A stretch of DNA of 64,000 nucleotides from an uncultured Acidobacteriota bacterium (GTDB lineage: Bacteria > Acidobacteriota > Thermoanaerobaculia > Multivoradales > JAHEKO01). The number at the start of each line of letters is the position of its first letter. Position 1 is the first letter of the stretch. Below are positions 1 to 10,348 of this stretch, piece after piece. Under the pieces are notes generated by a model that searched no databases, was not told the origin of the DNA, and saw only the letters and a list, made by a program, of their open reading frames with translations. A program made the translations under genes and the position numbers. The stretch is taken from assembly GCA_963713825.1 (NCBI GenBank), contig CAVQNG010000003.1, positions 288,001 to 352,000 on the forward strand. The letters are read 5' to 3'.

Positions 1-2577
1 ATGGAACAGTTCGCGGCGCTGGCTTTACAGCTCCTGGAGGGGGTCGCGGCAGCCCACAGACAAGGCATAGTCCACCGGGATCTCAAGCCTGGCAACATCA
101 TGCTCACCGAGGACGGCCGCCTCAAGATCCTCGACTTCGGCCTCGCCAAGCTGCGAGGCCTCGACGATGATTCCGTCACCGACTCCGAGCTACCGACGGC
201 GCTGCTGACAGAAGAAGGCCAGATTCTCGGTACCCCGGCCTACATGGCACCGGAGCAGGCGGAGGGCAAGGCGGTCGACACTCGGGCCGACGTCTTCGCT
301 ATCGGGGCGGTTCTCTACGAGATGCTGACTGGGTCGCGGCCGTTTGTCGGTGAGTCAAGGGCGTCCGTCCAGGCCGCGATCCTGACCGCAGACCCGAGCC
401 CGCCTCGCGAGCTTCGCCACGAGATACCCAAGGGTCTGGATGCCGTGGTCCTACGGTGCCTCGAGAAGGACCCTCAAGCTCGTTTCGCTACGACCGAAGA
501 CCTCCTGTCAGAGCTCCAAGTCGCGACTGGAGCTTTTACTGCCGAGGGAATCCTAGCCTCAAGATCACGATCCAAGATCCACCCCTGGCTATGGGCAATC
601 CCACTGCTTCTGCTCCTCGGTGCAGCTGTCTGGCTTTGGGTCCGGAACTCACGACTCGAGGAGGCTCGACAGGTGACACTGCCCGAAATCGAGCGGCTAC
701 TCGACGAGGGTCGGTGGGTCGAAGGCTTCCTGCTGGCGAAGGAAGCCGAGAGCTTGCTCCCTGAAGATCCGGCCCTGCAGGAGTTGATGGCACGGGCAAG
801 CACAACGATTCGGCTGAGCTCGGAACCTCCGGGTGCGGGAGTCTCCTACAGGGACTATGTGGACGAGTCGACAGCATGGCAAACGCTGGGTCTGACACCG
901 ATCGACAAGGCAACGGTACCGGCTGCCAACGTCCTGCTCTGGAAAATAGCAAAGGAAGGCTATGAGACGCTCGAAACGGGAACCTCACCCATATGGGGCG
1001 ACCTCGCATTCGAGATTGTACCCTCGGGCGAATCTCCAGCGGGCATGCTTCGGGTGCCGGCTGGACACTACCGGTTCCGCAATGAGGAACCAGTGGAAGT
1101 CCCCGGCTTCTGGATGGATCAGTACGAGGTCACCAACCGTCAGTTCAAGATGTTCGTCGATGCTGGAGGCTACGAAGATCCAGTCTTCTGGCAGCACGAG
1201 TTCGAGGACGAAGACGAGACTCTCACTTGGGAAGAAGCCATGGCTCGGTTCGTCGACTCGACCGGACGACCCGGACCCGCCACCTGGTCACTCGGCACCT
1301 TCCCGGAGGGCCAGGACGACCTCCCCGTCGGTGGCGTGAGCTGGTACGAGGCGGCAGCCTATGCCGAGTTCTCCGGCAAGAGCCTTCCGACCGTCTATCA
1401 CTGGCGTTCTGCAGCACCCTGGACACCCTTTGGCGACATGCTGCTCCAGAGCAACTTCGGAGGCAACGGTCCCGTGGAAGTCGGAAGCCTACGAGGCATC
1501 GGCCGCTACGGTCACATCGACATGGCTGGCAACGTCACCGAATGGTGCTGGAATCGGGCCGAGGACGGTCGCTATCTCCTGGGTGGATCGTGGGAAGAGC
1601 CCAGCTACACCTACTCGCACAACTTCGCCCGCTCACCCCTCGAGCGACAGCCCGATATGGGCTTTCGGTGTGCCAAGTATCCCACTCCGCCGAGCGCCGA
1701 GCTTACGGACCCGGTGGGTGCCGAACGCCACGACTTCAGAATGAACGAACCTGTGTCCGATGAGGTCTTCGCCATCTATCGTGGCCTCTTCGACTACGAG
1801 CCGTTGGATCTGGACGCACGGATCGAGTCGATCGACGACTCCAGCCAATACTGGAGCCAAGAGACTGTCAGCTTCACCGCCGCCTACGGCACAGACCGTG
1901 TCCTGGCCCACATTTTCCTGCCGCATGACGCTTCACCCCCATACCAGACTGTGGTCTACGTGCCTGGCTCTGGAGCCAACGCTGTCACCTCGATCGAGGC
2001 CATGCGATCTGACCCGGCCTTCTTCGTACCCCGCAGCGGTAGAGCTCTCGTATGGCCGGTTTACGAGGGCACCCTGGAGAGAGGTGGCGGCAGTAGCAGG
2101 CCCAGTGGCAGCCGCGGCCAAAGGGATCTCGTCATCCACAAGGTCAACGATCTCCAGCGTACCGTCGACTATCTGGAGACCCGGGACGATATCGTCAGCG
2201 ACCAGTTGGTCTACATGGGCCTGAGCGCAGGAAGCGAGTATGGGGCAATCTACCTGGCAATCGAGCCACGGTTCAAGGCCGCTGCACTGATTGCCGGTGG
2301 CTTCGACGATCTCCATATGTTGGACGAGGCCGCCGAAATAAACCCATGGAACTACGCCCCGCGGGTGAGTACGCCGACTCTGATGGTCAACGGGGAGAGC
2401 GACTATGGACTGCCGGTCGAGACCGCGCAAAAGCCCATGTTCGAATTGCTCAGCGTGCCACCGGAATCCAAGAAGCACGTGCTACTGGAAGGTGGGCACC
2501 TGCCCTATGATCTCAACGCGGTGATGCGGGAGATCCTCGATTGGTACGACCTCTACCAGGGACCGGTTCGGCGATAA
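1..2577 (+). CDS. Membrane-anchored Ser/Thr protein kinase fused to an FGE-sulfatase (SUMF1-like) domain and a C-terminal alpha/beta-hydrolase; 5' end lies outside the window
   Basis: Kinase motifs [30 protein letters not shown]; TM helix [18 protein letters not shown]; FGE-like motifs [39 protein letters not shown]; hydrolase GLSAG, NGESD, GGH. The kinase N-lobe is missing at the window edge. Confidence 0.9.
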   Translation: MEQFAALALQLLEGVAAAHRQGIVHRDLKPGNIMLTEDGRLKILDFGLAKLRGLDDDSVTDSELPTALLTEEGQILGTPAYMAPEQAEGKAVDTRADVFAIGAVLYEMLTGSRPFVGESRASVQAAILTADPSPPRELRHEIPKGLDAVVLRCLEKDPQARFATTEDLLSELQVATGAFTAEGILASRSRSKIHPWLWAIPLLLLLGAAVWLWVRNSRLEEARQVTLPEIERLLDEGRWVEGFLLAKEAESLLPEDPALQELMARASTTIRLSSEPPGAGVSYRDYVDESTAWQTLGLTPIDKATVPAANVLLWKIAKEGYETLETGTSPIWGDLAFEIVPSGESPAGMLRVPAGHYRFRNEEPVEVPGFWMDQYEVTNRQFKMFVDAGGYEDPVFWQHEFEDEDETLTWEEAMARFVDSTGRPGPATWSLGTFPEGQDDLPVGGVSWYEAAAYAEFSGKSLPTVYHWRSAAPWTPFGDMLLQSNFGGNGPVEVGSLRGIGRYGHIDMAGNVTEWCWNRAEDGRYLLGGSWEEPSYTYSHNFARSPLERQPDMGFRCAKYPTPPSAELTDPVGAERHDFRMNEPVSDEVFAIYRGLFDYEPLDLDARIESIDDSSQYWSQETVSFTAAYGTDRVLAHIFLPHDASPPYQTVVYVPGSGANAVTSIEAMRSDPAFFVPRSGRALVWPVYEGTLERGGGSSRPSGSRGQRDLVIHKVNDLQRTVDYLETRDDIVSDQLVYMGLSAGSEYGAIYLAIEPRFKAAALIAGGFDDLHMLDEAAEINPWNYAPRVSTPTLMVNGESDYGLPVETAQKPMFELLSVPPESKKHVLLEGGHLPYDLNAVMREILDWYDLYQGPVRR

Positions 2578-2578
2578 C

Positions 2579-2686
2579 ACCGATTTCAACGGCCTGCGGG
2601 TCGGGCACTACACCCTGAAGCAGGGATCGAGATTCAACACCGGGATCACCGCTGTTCTGTTTGACGATGGAAACCACTTCCACGAG
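2579..2686 (+). pseudogene. Probable remnant of a DmpA/P1 (S58) family aminopeptidase gene
   Basis: Manual translation TDFNGLRVGHYTLKQGSRFNTGITAVLFDDGNHFHE resembles the DmpA N-terminal pattern TDVxGVxVGHxT...TGVTAILPxxGNxF; no start codon, and similarity is lost after ~36 codons. Confidence 0.5.
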
Positions 2687-2773
2687 ATAGGTGGTCAGGA
2701 TCTGCCACGGCTCAGCCCGAAGAGGTACCGTGAACGGTGAGGGGAGAATCTGCGTTGAGCTCGGTACTGTATT

Positions 2774-2935
2774 TCAGCCTGGCGACACGACGTTCAGGCC
2801 CAGATTGCTGGCGGCCTTCTCGAGTCGACGGTCGTAGACGACGAAGGCATCGAGATGCTCCCGCACTGACATCACCGCAGTCAGGTAGATTGCATCCAGA
2901 GAACTGAAATCGGTTGGTCGGAGCTGAGCCGACCT
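2774..2935 (-). pseudogene. C-terminal fragment of a VapC/PIN-domain toxin
   Basis: SLDAIYLTAVMSVREHLDAFVVYDRRLEKAASNLGLNVVSPG* matches the VapC C-terminal pattern (LDAIHLA...FVTYDxRLxxAAxxxGLxVxSPG); the N-terminal half is absent and the DUF4440-like gene ends at 2938. Confidence 0.7.
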
Positions 2936-2937
2936 CC

Positions 2938-3484
2938 TCAATCCTGATCTGGAAGCCAGACCTCGTGAACGTGGAGCCATTCGACGCCGTTGGGCGTGTT
3001 CTCGCTCCGCCGGAAGAGGGCGGTGCTGAGTCGGCCGCGGGACTCGCCTTCGATCTCCTGCCACTCTTCGTAGAGCACCAGGATCTGGTCACCGACCTGA
3101 TGTCGAACCTGCAGATTCTCGATCCAGATTCTGCCCGGTCGACTCATCTCGCGCCCAGATCCCGTGTGCGGCCCGCAATCGCTCCAGAAGCTCGTCTCTC
3201 TCGGTCAGCTCTCCGTTGGGGCTGATGATCACGAAGCCCTCGGCCATCACCGAGCTGAATCGATCGAAGGCCTCTTCTGTTGGTGGCAGCACGGCATTGA
3301 ACCAATCCTGAAAGAACTGGTGCAGCTGCACCACCTCGTTGCTGCAACGTTGCTCCATGATCGAGCCTCCCGTCGCTGGGACAGCTTCCTGTGATTGCGT
3401 AGTCAGGGCCATGGAGGGGACGATCCCACAGGCTACCAAAGACAGACAGGCAATCGGCCAGTAGCAATGTCTTGCTTCTCTCAT
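2938..3484 (-). CDS. DUF4440/SnoaL-like (NTF2-fold) protein, one apparent frameshift near 3147
   Basis: ORF 3089..3484 (EVVQLHQFFQDWF...FVIISPNG) continues in ORF 2938..3147 (RIWIENL...YEEWQ...STALF...WLHVHEVWL); TAGACT lies 7 nt upstream of ATG 3484. Confidence 0.7.
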
Positions 3485-3501
3485 GGATCGCAGTCTAGTT
3501 C

Positions 3502-3543
3502 AAAAAAACAAGAGAAGGTGCCAGGATTCCCCGGCACCTTCTC
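3502..3543 (-). terminator. Rho-independent terminator after the DUF4136 gene
   Basis: 11-bp stem GAGAAGGTGCC/GGCACCTTCTC (3512-3543) followed on the minus strand by a T7 run (A7 at 3502-3508). Confidence 0.8.
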
Positions 3544-3582
3544 AAAGTACTTCAGCGGATCTAAAGCCCTAGAGCCTGAACG

Positions 3583-4167
3583 CTATCGACCCTCGTTCTT
3601 GAGAATCTTGTCCCACTTGGTGCCCATCTTCTTGAAGACGTTGTCGATCTGCTTGTCGATCTTCTCCGGCTTTTCCTTGAGCGTCACAGTTCCGGTGCCT
3701 CGCCAGATCAGTTGCTTGTCGCCTGCTTCGTAGGCATCGAGGATCAGGGTACCGTCGGTGTAGGTCGTAGCCCGCGTGGTCGTGGTGCCCATGCCGCCGT
3801 AGTAGCCACCGTAGCCGCCGTAGCCGTAGCGCCCGTAGCCACCCCAGCCCGGACCCCAGCCACCGTAACCGTAGTTGTCGGTGGTGAAGACCGTATTGTC
3901 CTCGGTTGTAACGTGGAAAGTGACGTAGATGTCCCCACCGGAGTCGGCCTGCTTCAACCCGCCGGAAGTCAGGCTGGCGATCATCTTGTCCTTGATGCGA
4001 TTGTCGGCCAGATCGTTGCCGGTATTGGAGTCCGGAGTATCGACATAGGTAAACGTCTTGACCTGCTCGAAATCGAAGTCGTGAGCGTAGTCGATCGTGA
4101 TCTTCTGTGCGATCGAGGGTGCTGCGACAATCGCCAATGCGATCATCAGAATCATCATCTTCTTCAT
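3583..4167 (-). CDS. DUF4136 domain-containing secreted protein
   Basis: Signal peptide MKKMMILMIALAIVAAPSIA; DFDFEQVKTF; Gly/Tyr-rich loop; GTLILDAYEA...LIWRG; RBS AGGAGAAGG. Confidence 0.85.
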   Translation of the reverse strand: MKKMMILMIALAIVAAPSIAQKITIDYAHDFDFEQVKTFTYVDTPDSNTGNDLADNRIKDKMIASLTSGGLKQADSGGDIYVTFHVTTEDNTVFTTDNYGYGGWGPGWGGYGRYGYGGYGGYYGGMGTTTTRATTYTDGTLILDAYEAGDKQLIWRGTGTVTLKEKPEKIDKQIDNVFKKMGTKWDKILKNEGR

Positions 4168-4335
4168 ATACCTTCTCCTTTCGTTGAGGGATGGAACGAC
4201 TTGCCCTTCCACTCTAACCCCCTGTGTCTACGAAATCCAGGTCTTTCGGTTTCGTCCAAGGCTTCGAATCCGGTGCGTAGACAGGCCTGCGCTTGACCTG
4301 CTGCGCTCCAGAGGGGGAAACTGGAGCCGACAGAC

Positions 4336-4410
4336 AGCCTAGGGGTGGCCACTCGGCCTGAGATGAAACCCTCGAACCTGATCCGGGTCATACCGGCGAA
4401 GGGAACGGCG
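4336..4410 (+). ncRNA. TPP (thiamine pyrophosphate) riboswitch
   Basis: AGGGGTGGCC-ACTC-GGCCTGAGA...ACCC-TC-GAACCTGATCCGGGTCATACCGGCGAAGGGAA has the THI-box elements (GGGGTG, CTGAGA, ACCC, GAACCTGA, P5 stem CCGG/CCGG, GCGxAGGGAA); lies upstream of a TonB receptor and PnuC. Confidence 0.92.
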
Positions 4411-4485
4411 ACACCGACCCCACAACAGTGTCGATTGGATCTCGAGCTCGATCCGAGTCGGTCGGACCCCGAGGGGAGACCGGCC

Positions 4486-6639
4486 ATGGGATTGAACAGC
4501 ACCAGACACACGCTATGGCTCGTCCTGGCGGCGATGCTGGTACCCGTGCTCTCGTTCGGTGCGACTGCTCAGGATACGACCGAGACAAACGAAGAGAAGA
4601 ACGAGGAGTCGGAGTCGCCCGCAGCCGTCGAAGAGACGATCACGGTCATCGGAATTCGCGCCGGCGACGAGGTGCCGGTCACCAAGACCAATCTCGATCG
4701 GGAACAGATCGACACCCTCAACTATGGCCAGGATGTGCCCCAGCTTCTGCAGTACACCCCGGCGATGACGTGGTACTCGGATTCCGGGATCGGAACCAAC
4801 TATTCCTACTTCAGCATGCGTGGCATCCAGCAGACCCGCATCAACATGACCTTCGACGGCGCACCTCTCAACGACCCGGCCGAGCACGCGGTCTACTTCA
4901 ACAACTTCCACGACTTCACCAACACGGTCGACAGCATCCAGATCCAGCGCGGCGTCGGTACCTCGTCGGTCGGCTCGCCCTCCTACGGGGGATCAGTGAA
5001 CTTCGCCAGCTCCCAACCGGCTCAGGATCGGAGCGGCGACCTTCGCCTCGCCCTCGGCTCCTACGACACCAAGAGAGCATCGTTCGGCTACGAGTCCGGC
5101 GTCTTCGAGAACGGGTTCTCTGTCGGCGGCCGGTTCTCCTACGCCGACACCGATGGATACCGGGACAACTCCGGGACCAAGCACCAGACGGGCTTTCTCG
5201 ATGCGGGATGGCAAGGCGAGCGATCCTCGCTGAAACTGGTCTCGTTCTTCGGAGAGGTCGAAACACAACTGGCCTGGCTGGCGGTCGAGCCGGAGATCCT
5301 GCAAGTCGACCGGAGGTTCAATCCCCTCGATGAAGAGGAGCGCGACAACTTCCGCCAGAACTTCGCTCAGCTCAAGTACACCCGCGCGCTGCGCAACGAC
5401 ACTCTGCTGACAGCTTCCCTCTACTACAACGGAGCGGATGGCTGGTTCCGCCTGTGGGACGTTCCCGCGGTGAAGGCCAACCTGCTCCAGTTCGGCATCG
5501 ATCAGGCGTTCGTCGGCAGCATGGTCACGGCCAGCAAGAGCTTCGACCGTCTATCAGCCACGCTTGGCGTGCACTTCAACGACTTCCGAGGCGATCACAC
5601 TCTGGATATCCGACGGATACCGCATCTACGAGAACACAGGCTACAAGCAGACGGCCAACGCGTTCGGTAAGCTCGAATACCGCCTCGACGACTGGCTGCT
5701 GTTCGGCGACCTTCAGCTGCGATGGGCTGATTTCTCGTACAAGGGCGACATCGATCTCGGCTCGGTGGCCTGGACATTTCTGGACCCCAAGATCGGAGTG
5801 CGGCGCTTCGTCTCACCTCGGCTGAGCGTCTACGCCTCTCTCGGTCGGGCTCAACGTGAACCTGCACGACTGGATCTGCTGCTCGGCGAGGACAATGCCA
5901 CGGTGCCGCACGATCTGGAGGCCGTCCGCCCCGAGACGGTGCTCGACTTCGAAGCCGGGCTCGACCTCAACACGCCAGAGCTAGCGCTCACAGCCAATAT
6001 CTATGCAATGGAGTTCACCAATGAGATCGCCTTGACCGGCGAGCTTTCCGAAATCGGCCTGCCCATTCGTACCAACGTAGACGAATCGTATCGGCGGGGC
6101 CTCGAGGTCGACCTCAAATGGCAGGCTTCCGAGAGGTGGGCCCTCCTCCACAGCTCCAATCTGAGCCGCAACCGGATTCGCGAGTGGACCCAGTTCTACG
6201 ACGTCTACGACGAGCAGGGTTCCTGGATCGCCAGTGAGCCGATCACCTACAGGGACGTGCCACCCTTGCTGACCCCAGAGGTCATCGCCAACCTGGGCGT
6301 CGAATGGACTCGCTCGGGGGCGAGCGTAGCCCTGATGGGCCGCTATGTGGACGACGCCCAACTCGACAACACCGGTCTCGAAGAATTCCGCCTACCCTCC
6401 TACACCAATCGTCGACCTTCGCGCCTCGGTGAATCTCGGTCGATGGTGGGCCTCCGCCAACCCGCGACTCACCCTCTTCATCAACAATCTCTTCGACAGT
6501 GAAGACCCGTACCCGAGCGGCTACAGCTACCAGTTCATCAACCAGGACAGCAGTGGCCAGCAGACCCTCGACGGCAATCCCGTTCTACTATCCGTTGGCC
6601 ACCCGCAACGCGGTCCTGACGCTGGAGCTGGACCTTTGA
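4486..6639 (+). CDS. TonB-dependent receptor, probably for thiamine; three apparent +1 frameshifts (~5610, ~6408, ~6577)
   Basis: Signal peptide, EETITVIG TonB-box-like segment, plug motifs (SMRG...RINMTFDGAPLND, SIQIQRGVGTS...GGSVN); barrel continues in ORFs 5564..6502 and 6345..6656; restored C-terminus FYYPLATRNAVLTLELDL*. Confidence 0.88.
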
Positions 6640-6652
6640 CCTCCAGCCACCC

Positions 6653-7244
6653 ATGATCTCTCTCGAGCTCGTTGCGGTCGTCCTTACCCTGCTCGCCGTT
6701 GTCCTCACGGCGCGACAGGTCATCTGGTGCTGGCCGCTGGCCATGGTCAGCGTCACCCTGTACGCCGTGGTCTTCTTCCAGGCCAAGCTCTATGCGGACA
6801 TGGGGCTGCAGGCCCTCTACTTCGGGCTCGCGATCTACGGTTGGTGGGCCTGGCTTCACGGCGGTGGGGATCATGGGGAGCTCCACGTGACCCTGGCGTC
6901 GACCAAGATGAGGGTGGTTCTGGCTGTAATCGGAGCGGTGGCCGGCGATTCTGCTCGGGCAGACCCTGAGCCGTCTCACCGATGCCTCGCTGCCGTTCAT
7001 GGATTCGGCCCTGACCGCCTTCAGCATCGTCGGGCAGTGGATGCAGACTCGCAAACTGCTCGAAGCCTGGTTGGTCTGGCTCGCGGTCGATGTCTTCTAC
7101 GTCGGCATGTTCCTCTACAAGGGCCTCTACCTGACCGCCGGCCTCTACGCGGTCTTCCTGGTTCTGGCGGTCATGGGGTATCTGAGCTGGCGTCGGTCTA
7201 TGGACGACGGTCGGCTACAGCCGGCCACCCTGGAGAGCCAATGA
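6653..7244 (+). CDS. pnuC: PnuC-family vitamin transporter (PnuT-like by context); apparent frameshift ~6947
   Basis: WCWPLAMVS, LYADMGLQ, YGWWAW, then in a second frame DSALTAFSIVGQWMQTRKLLEAWLVWLAVD (PnuC WxxWxxxD motif). Confidence 0.88.
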
Positions 7245-7757
7245 TCCGCGTGGTCGTAACTGGCTCGGAGTGCACGGGCAAGACCACCCTCGCCATGGAG
7301 CTCGCCGAGCACTACGGCACGGTCTGGGTGCCCGAGTTTGTTCGGCAGTTTGTCGAGGCAAAGGGATCCGCCCCGGAGTACGCAGACGTCGAGGCGATTG
7401 CCCGAGGTCAGATAGCGCTCGAAGACCGAATGACCGCGAAGGCCGCCGAGGTGCTGATCCAGGACACGGATCTGCTCAGCACTGTGGTCTACAGTCAGCA
7501 CTACTACGGGGATTGTCCGAGGTGGATCGAGGAAGAGCTTCGCGCACGAGCTGGAGATCTCTATCTGCTAGCCTGCATCGACGTGCCATGGTCCCGGACG
7601 GCGACCAACGCGATCGCGGCAACCGGCGCGAAGAGATGCACGGTCTCTTCCGTGCCGCCCTCGAGTATCGCGGCTTCGAACTTCGTGGAGCTCCACGGAT
7701 TCTCCTCGCGAACGGTTGAGCATGGCACTATCACAGATCACAGAGGCTGCTCGCTGA
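7241..7757 (+). CDS. NadR-like P-loop kinase (AAA_28 / ribosylnicotinamide kinase-like); apparent frameshifts ~7590, ~7678, ~7700
   Basis: RVVVTGSECTGKTTLA, VPEFVR, IARGQ, QDTDLLSTVVYS, DLYLL..IDVPW, then VPDGDQRD in the next frame; ATGA overlap with pnuC. Confidence 0.8.
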
Positions 7758-7824
7758 GCAATCCTGATGTTGTAGGATGAAGGTATATCGACGGACTGAA
7801 CCACAATTTCTAGGAGGTTTACTG

Positions 7825-8403
7825 ATGTTTCGACGAAGTCTGACTCTAATGGTTGTACTGACTCTCGCCCTGGTGGGCACCAGCTTCGCGCGTGAGGTTC
7901 AGGACTACTCCTCCACGATCAACAATTTCAAGCAGTCCTCGGACGTTGCACCTTTCTTCGGCTCTGCCTACGGCTATGCCGTATTTCCCACCATCGGCAA
8001 GGGTGGATTGGGTATCGGTGCCTCACATGGCAAGGGCCAGGTCTATGTCGGTGGGAAAGTGACCGGCTTCACCTCCTTGAGCGATGTCTCCATCGGTTTC
8101 CAGGCCGGTGGCCAGGCCTATAGCCAGGTTGTGTTCTTCGAGGACGAGCGCGCCTACAAGGACTTCACCAGTGGCAATTTCGAGTTTGGAGCCGAGGCCA
8201 GCGCCATCGCCGTCCAGGCCAGCGCTGGGGCCTCGGCAACAAGCGAGGGTGCCACCGCCGGTGCCAGCAGCGGTGGATCGGGCGGGAGCCAGGCCAGCAC
8301 CCAGTACTACAAGGGCATGCTGGTCTTCGTCATCGGCAAGGGCGGCCTGATGTACGAAGCGGCCATCAAGGGCCAGAAGTACACCTACAACCCTTTGCCC
8401 TAG
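7825..8403 (+). CDS. YSC84/SYLF lipid-binding domain secreted protein
   Basis: AYGYAVFPTIGKGGLGIG, SIGFQAGGQ, GGLMYEAAIKGQKY; signal peptide; RBS AGGAGG. Confidence 0.85.
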   Translation: MFRRSLTLMVVLTLALVGTSFAREVQDYSSTINNFKQSSDVAPFFGSAYGYAVFPTIGKGGLGIGASHGKGQVYVGGKVTGFTSLSDVSIGFQAGGQAYSQVVFFEDERAYKDFTSGNFEFGAEASAIAVQASAGASATSEGATAGASSGGSGGSQASTQYYKGMLVFVIGKGGLMYEAAIKGQKYTYNPLP

Positions 8404-8444
8404 TAGCGACCAGCCCAGGACTCACAGAAGCTAGTCGTGCCGGC

Positions 8445-8472
8445 AAGAGACCCGCGTTCGCGCGGGTCTCTT
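8445..8472 (+). terminator. Terminator-like hairpin
   Basis: Perfect 12-bp stem AAGAGACCCGCG-TTCG-CGCGGGTCTCTT shortly after the stop at 8403. Confidence 0.7.
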
Positions 8473-8546
8473 CGCAGGCTGCGAACCGCCGTCCCATGAG
8501 GTAGCGGTAGCCGACTCAGTACTCTTCGATAGACTCCTAGCCTGCT

Positions 8547-10305
8547 ATGAAGAAGCTCTCACTTGCTGTCCTTGTCGTGAGTTGTTTTCAGGTCTTCGCG
8601 GGCGCAGCCGTTTCGCCTGCCCAAACTGGGGCGGCGATTATCGACGATTACATCGAAGAGTGGAAGCAGTTCAACCCCTCGCGAGCCCGCTCGCGCGGCT
8701 TCGTAGATGCGATCAAAGGGTTCGAAGACCTCTCCCCGAGCGCGATCACCGCCTGGGTCGAGTACAACCAAGTGACGTTGAAAAAGCTCGAGGCTCTCTC
8801 GGGTCTGCCGACGGATGACCTCATCGACCAGCAGGCTTCTCCGCACCCAGATCCGAACCGAGCTGGACCGGTGGCAGGTGGACAGGCCCCACGAGCGATC
8901 ACTGAAGCTCTATTCCGACCTGATCTCCAACGGCCTATCATCGATCCTCGATTCGAATCTGCTGTCCGACGACGAGAAGCGGCGGTACCTTCTTCTTCGT
9001 CTGCAACAGATCGAGAAGCTCTCACGCTCTGCAAAGTCGAATGTCCGAAACGGTCGACAATCCGAGACCTCAGAGGCTCTGGCGGAGCTCGAAGAAAGCG
9101 CCCGCTACATTGAGACCGACCTCCCTCGGGCCGCGGGAGACTGGTTCGATGAGGCCTCGGCTCCAGTCTTGCGAGAGTCCTGCACCCAGACCGCCCAGGC
9201 AATATCGGATCTCGTCGACCATGGGCGGAAACTCCTGCCCGACTCGACCCTTCCCGACGAGCCGATCCTTGGGCAGGAAACCTATGCTCGGAAGCTCGCG
9301 ATCTACACCGACAGCGACCTGACACCGGAACAGCTGGGGGAGATCGCCCTCTGGGAAATCGACAACAGCAGGAAGGCGCTGCAGGTGATGGCTGCAGCCT
9401 ATTGGCGGGAGATCGATCCCCAGACCCCTGTACCCACAGATTTCGAGAGCCTCGTCGGAAGAGCTTTCGCCGACCTCGAGACCAACCGCCCACTCACCGA
9501 GCACGAGTATCTGCTCGAGCTGCGGAGGTACGGTCGGGAGGTCGAGGACTTCGTCCGCGACCACGAGATCGCCACCGTCCCCGAGCACCAGACGCTCAGT
9601 ATCGAGCTGGCCCCTGAAAGCTCCGGACCGATGGCGCGTATCGGGTACGTCAGCAGCGCCCCGGCTTTCGACCCCAATCCCTGGACGACCTGGTACCTCG
9701 CCACGATTCCCGACTCTCATCCCGAGCCGGAGCGGATCGATTTCTGGCGCTCGTTCAACTACTCGTTCAAGCGGTTCATCGTCATCCACGAGCTCTTTCC
9801 CGGCCACTACATGCAGCTCAAAATCCTGCGCGAAAACCCACACAGGGTTCGCATCCTCTTCCCCTATCGGCCCTTCATCGAAGGCTGGGCGACCTTCACC
9901 GAGCGCATCGTTCTCGACGCCGGGTACGCCGAGGGAGACTGGCTGACTCGCTTCGCGCAGCTACGAAAGCGCCTGGAGAATGCCAATCGCGCCTACATGA
10001 GCGTGCAAGCCCACTGCAACGGCTGGACCGAGGAACAGGTGACCGAGTTCTCGATCGAAACTTCGCTCCTGGCCCCACAGTTCGCCGCCAGCCTGTGGGG
10101 TCGGCTCATGAGCTCTCCCATGCAGATCATTACCTACATGCTCGTCGGCCTCGAATTGCGTGAGATCTACGAGATGGAACGGGAGCGACTGGGCGACGAT
10201 TTCAATACCCGGACCTTCATGGACACCATCCTGCGCACCGGCCCCGTTCCCAGCGACGAGCTGGCTGCCATCCTGGCGGCGCAGCCCAGGCGCGCTCACA
10301 ACTAG
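8547..10305 (+). CDS. DUF885 family secreted protein (metallopeptidase-like); apparent frameshift ~8830
   Basis: HELFPGHYMQ and FIEGWATFTE motifs; the signal-peptide ORF at 8547 joins ORF 8815..10305. Confidence 0.82.
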
Positions 10306-10348
10306 ACAAAGCACTACCGGCAGTTCCATTTCTGGAGGGGAAGGAACC

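Noticed and set aside
1030-1680. FGE/C-type-lectin-fold domain as a diversity-generating retroelement target
   Set aside because: No reverse transcriptase and no template repeat differing at adenines were seen in the window
3790-3875. GTAGCC-rich tandem repeats
   Set aside because: They encode the Gly/Tyr-rich loop of the DUF4136 protein and are not an independent repeat element
4486-7757. Pseudogenisation or programmed frameshifting of the thiamine operon
   Set aside because: No slippery sequences or nonsense codons seen; the same indel pattern affects unrelated neighbouring genes, pointing to sequencing error
6653-7780. Apparent PnuC-NadR fusion ORF (375 aa)
   Set aside because: Artefact of the frameshift at ~6947; the restored pnuC stops at 7244 and overlaps the kinase ATG
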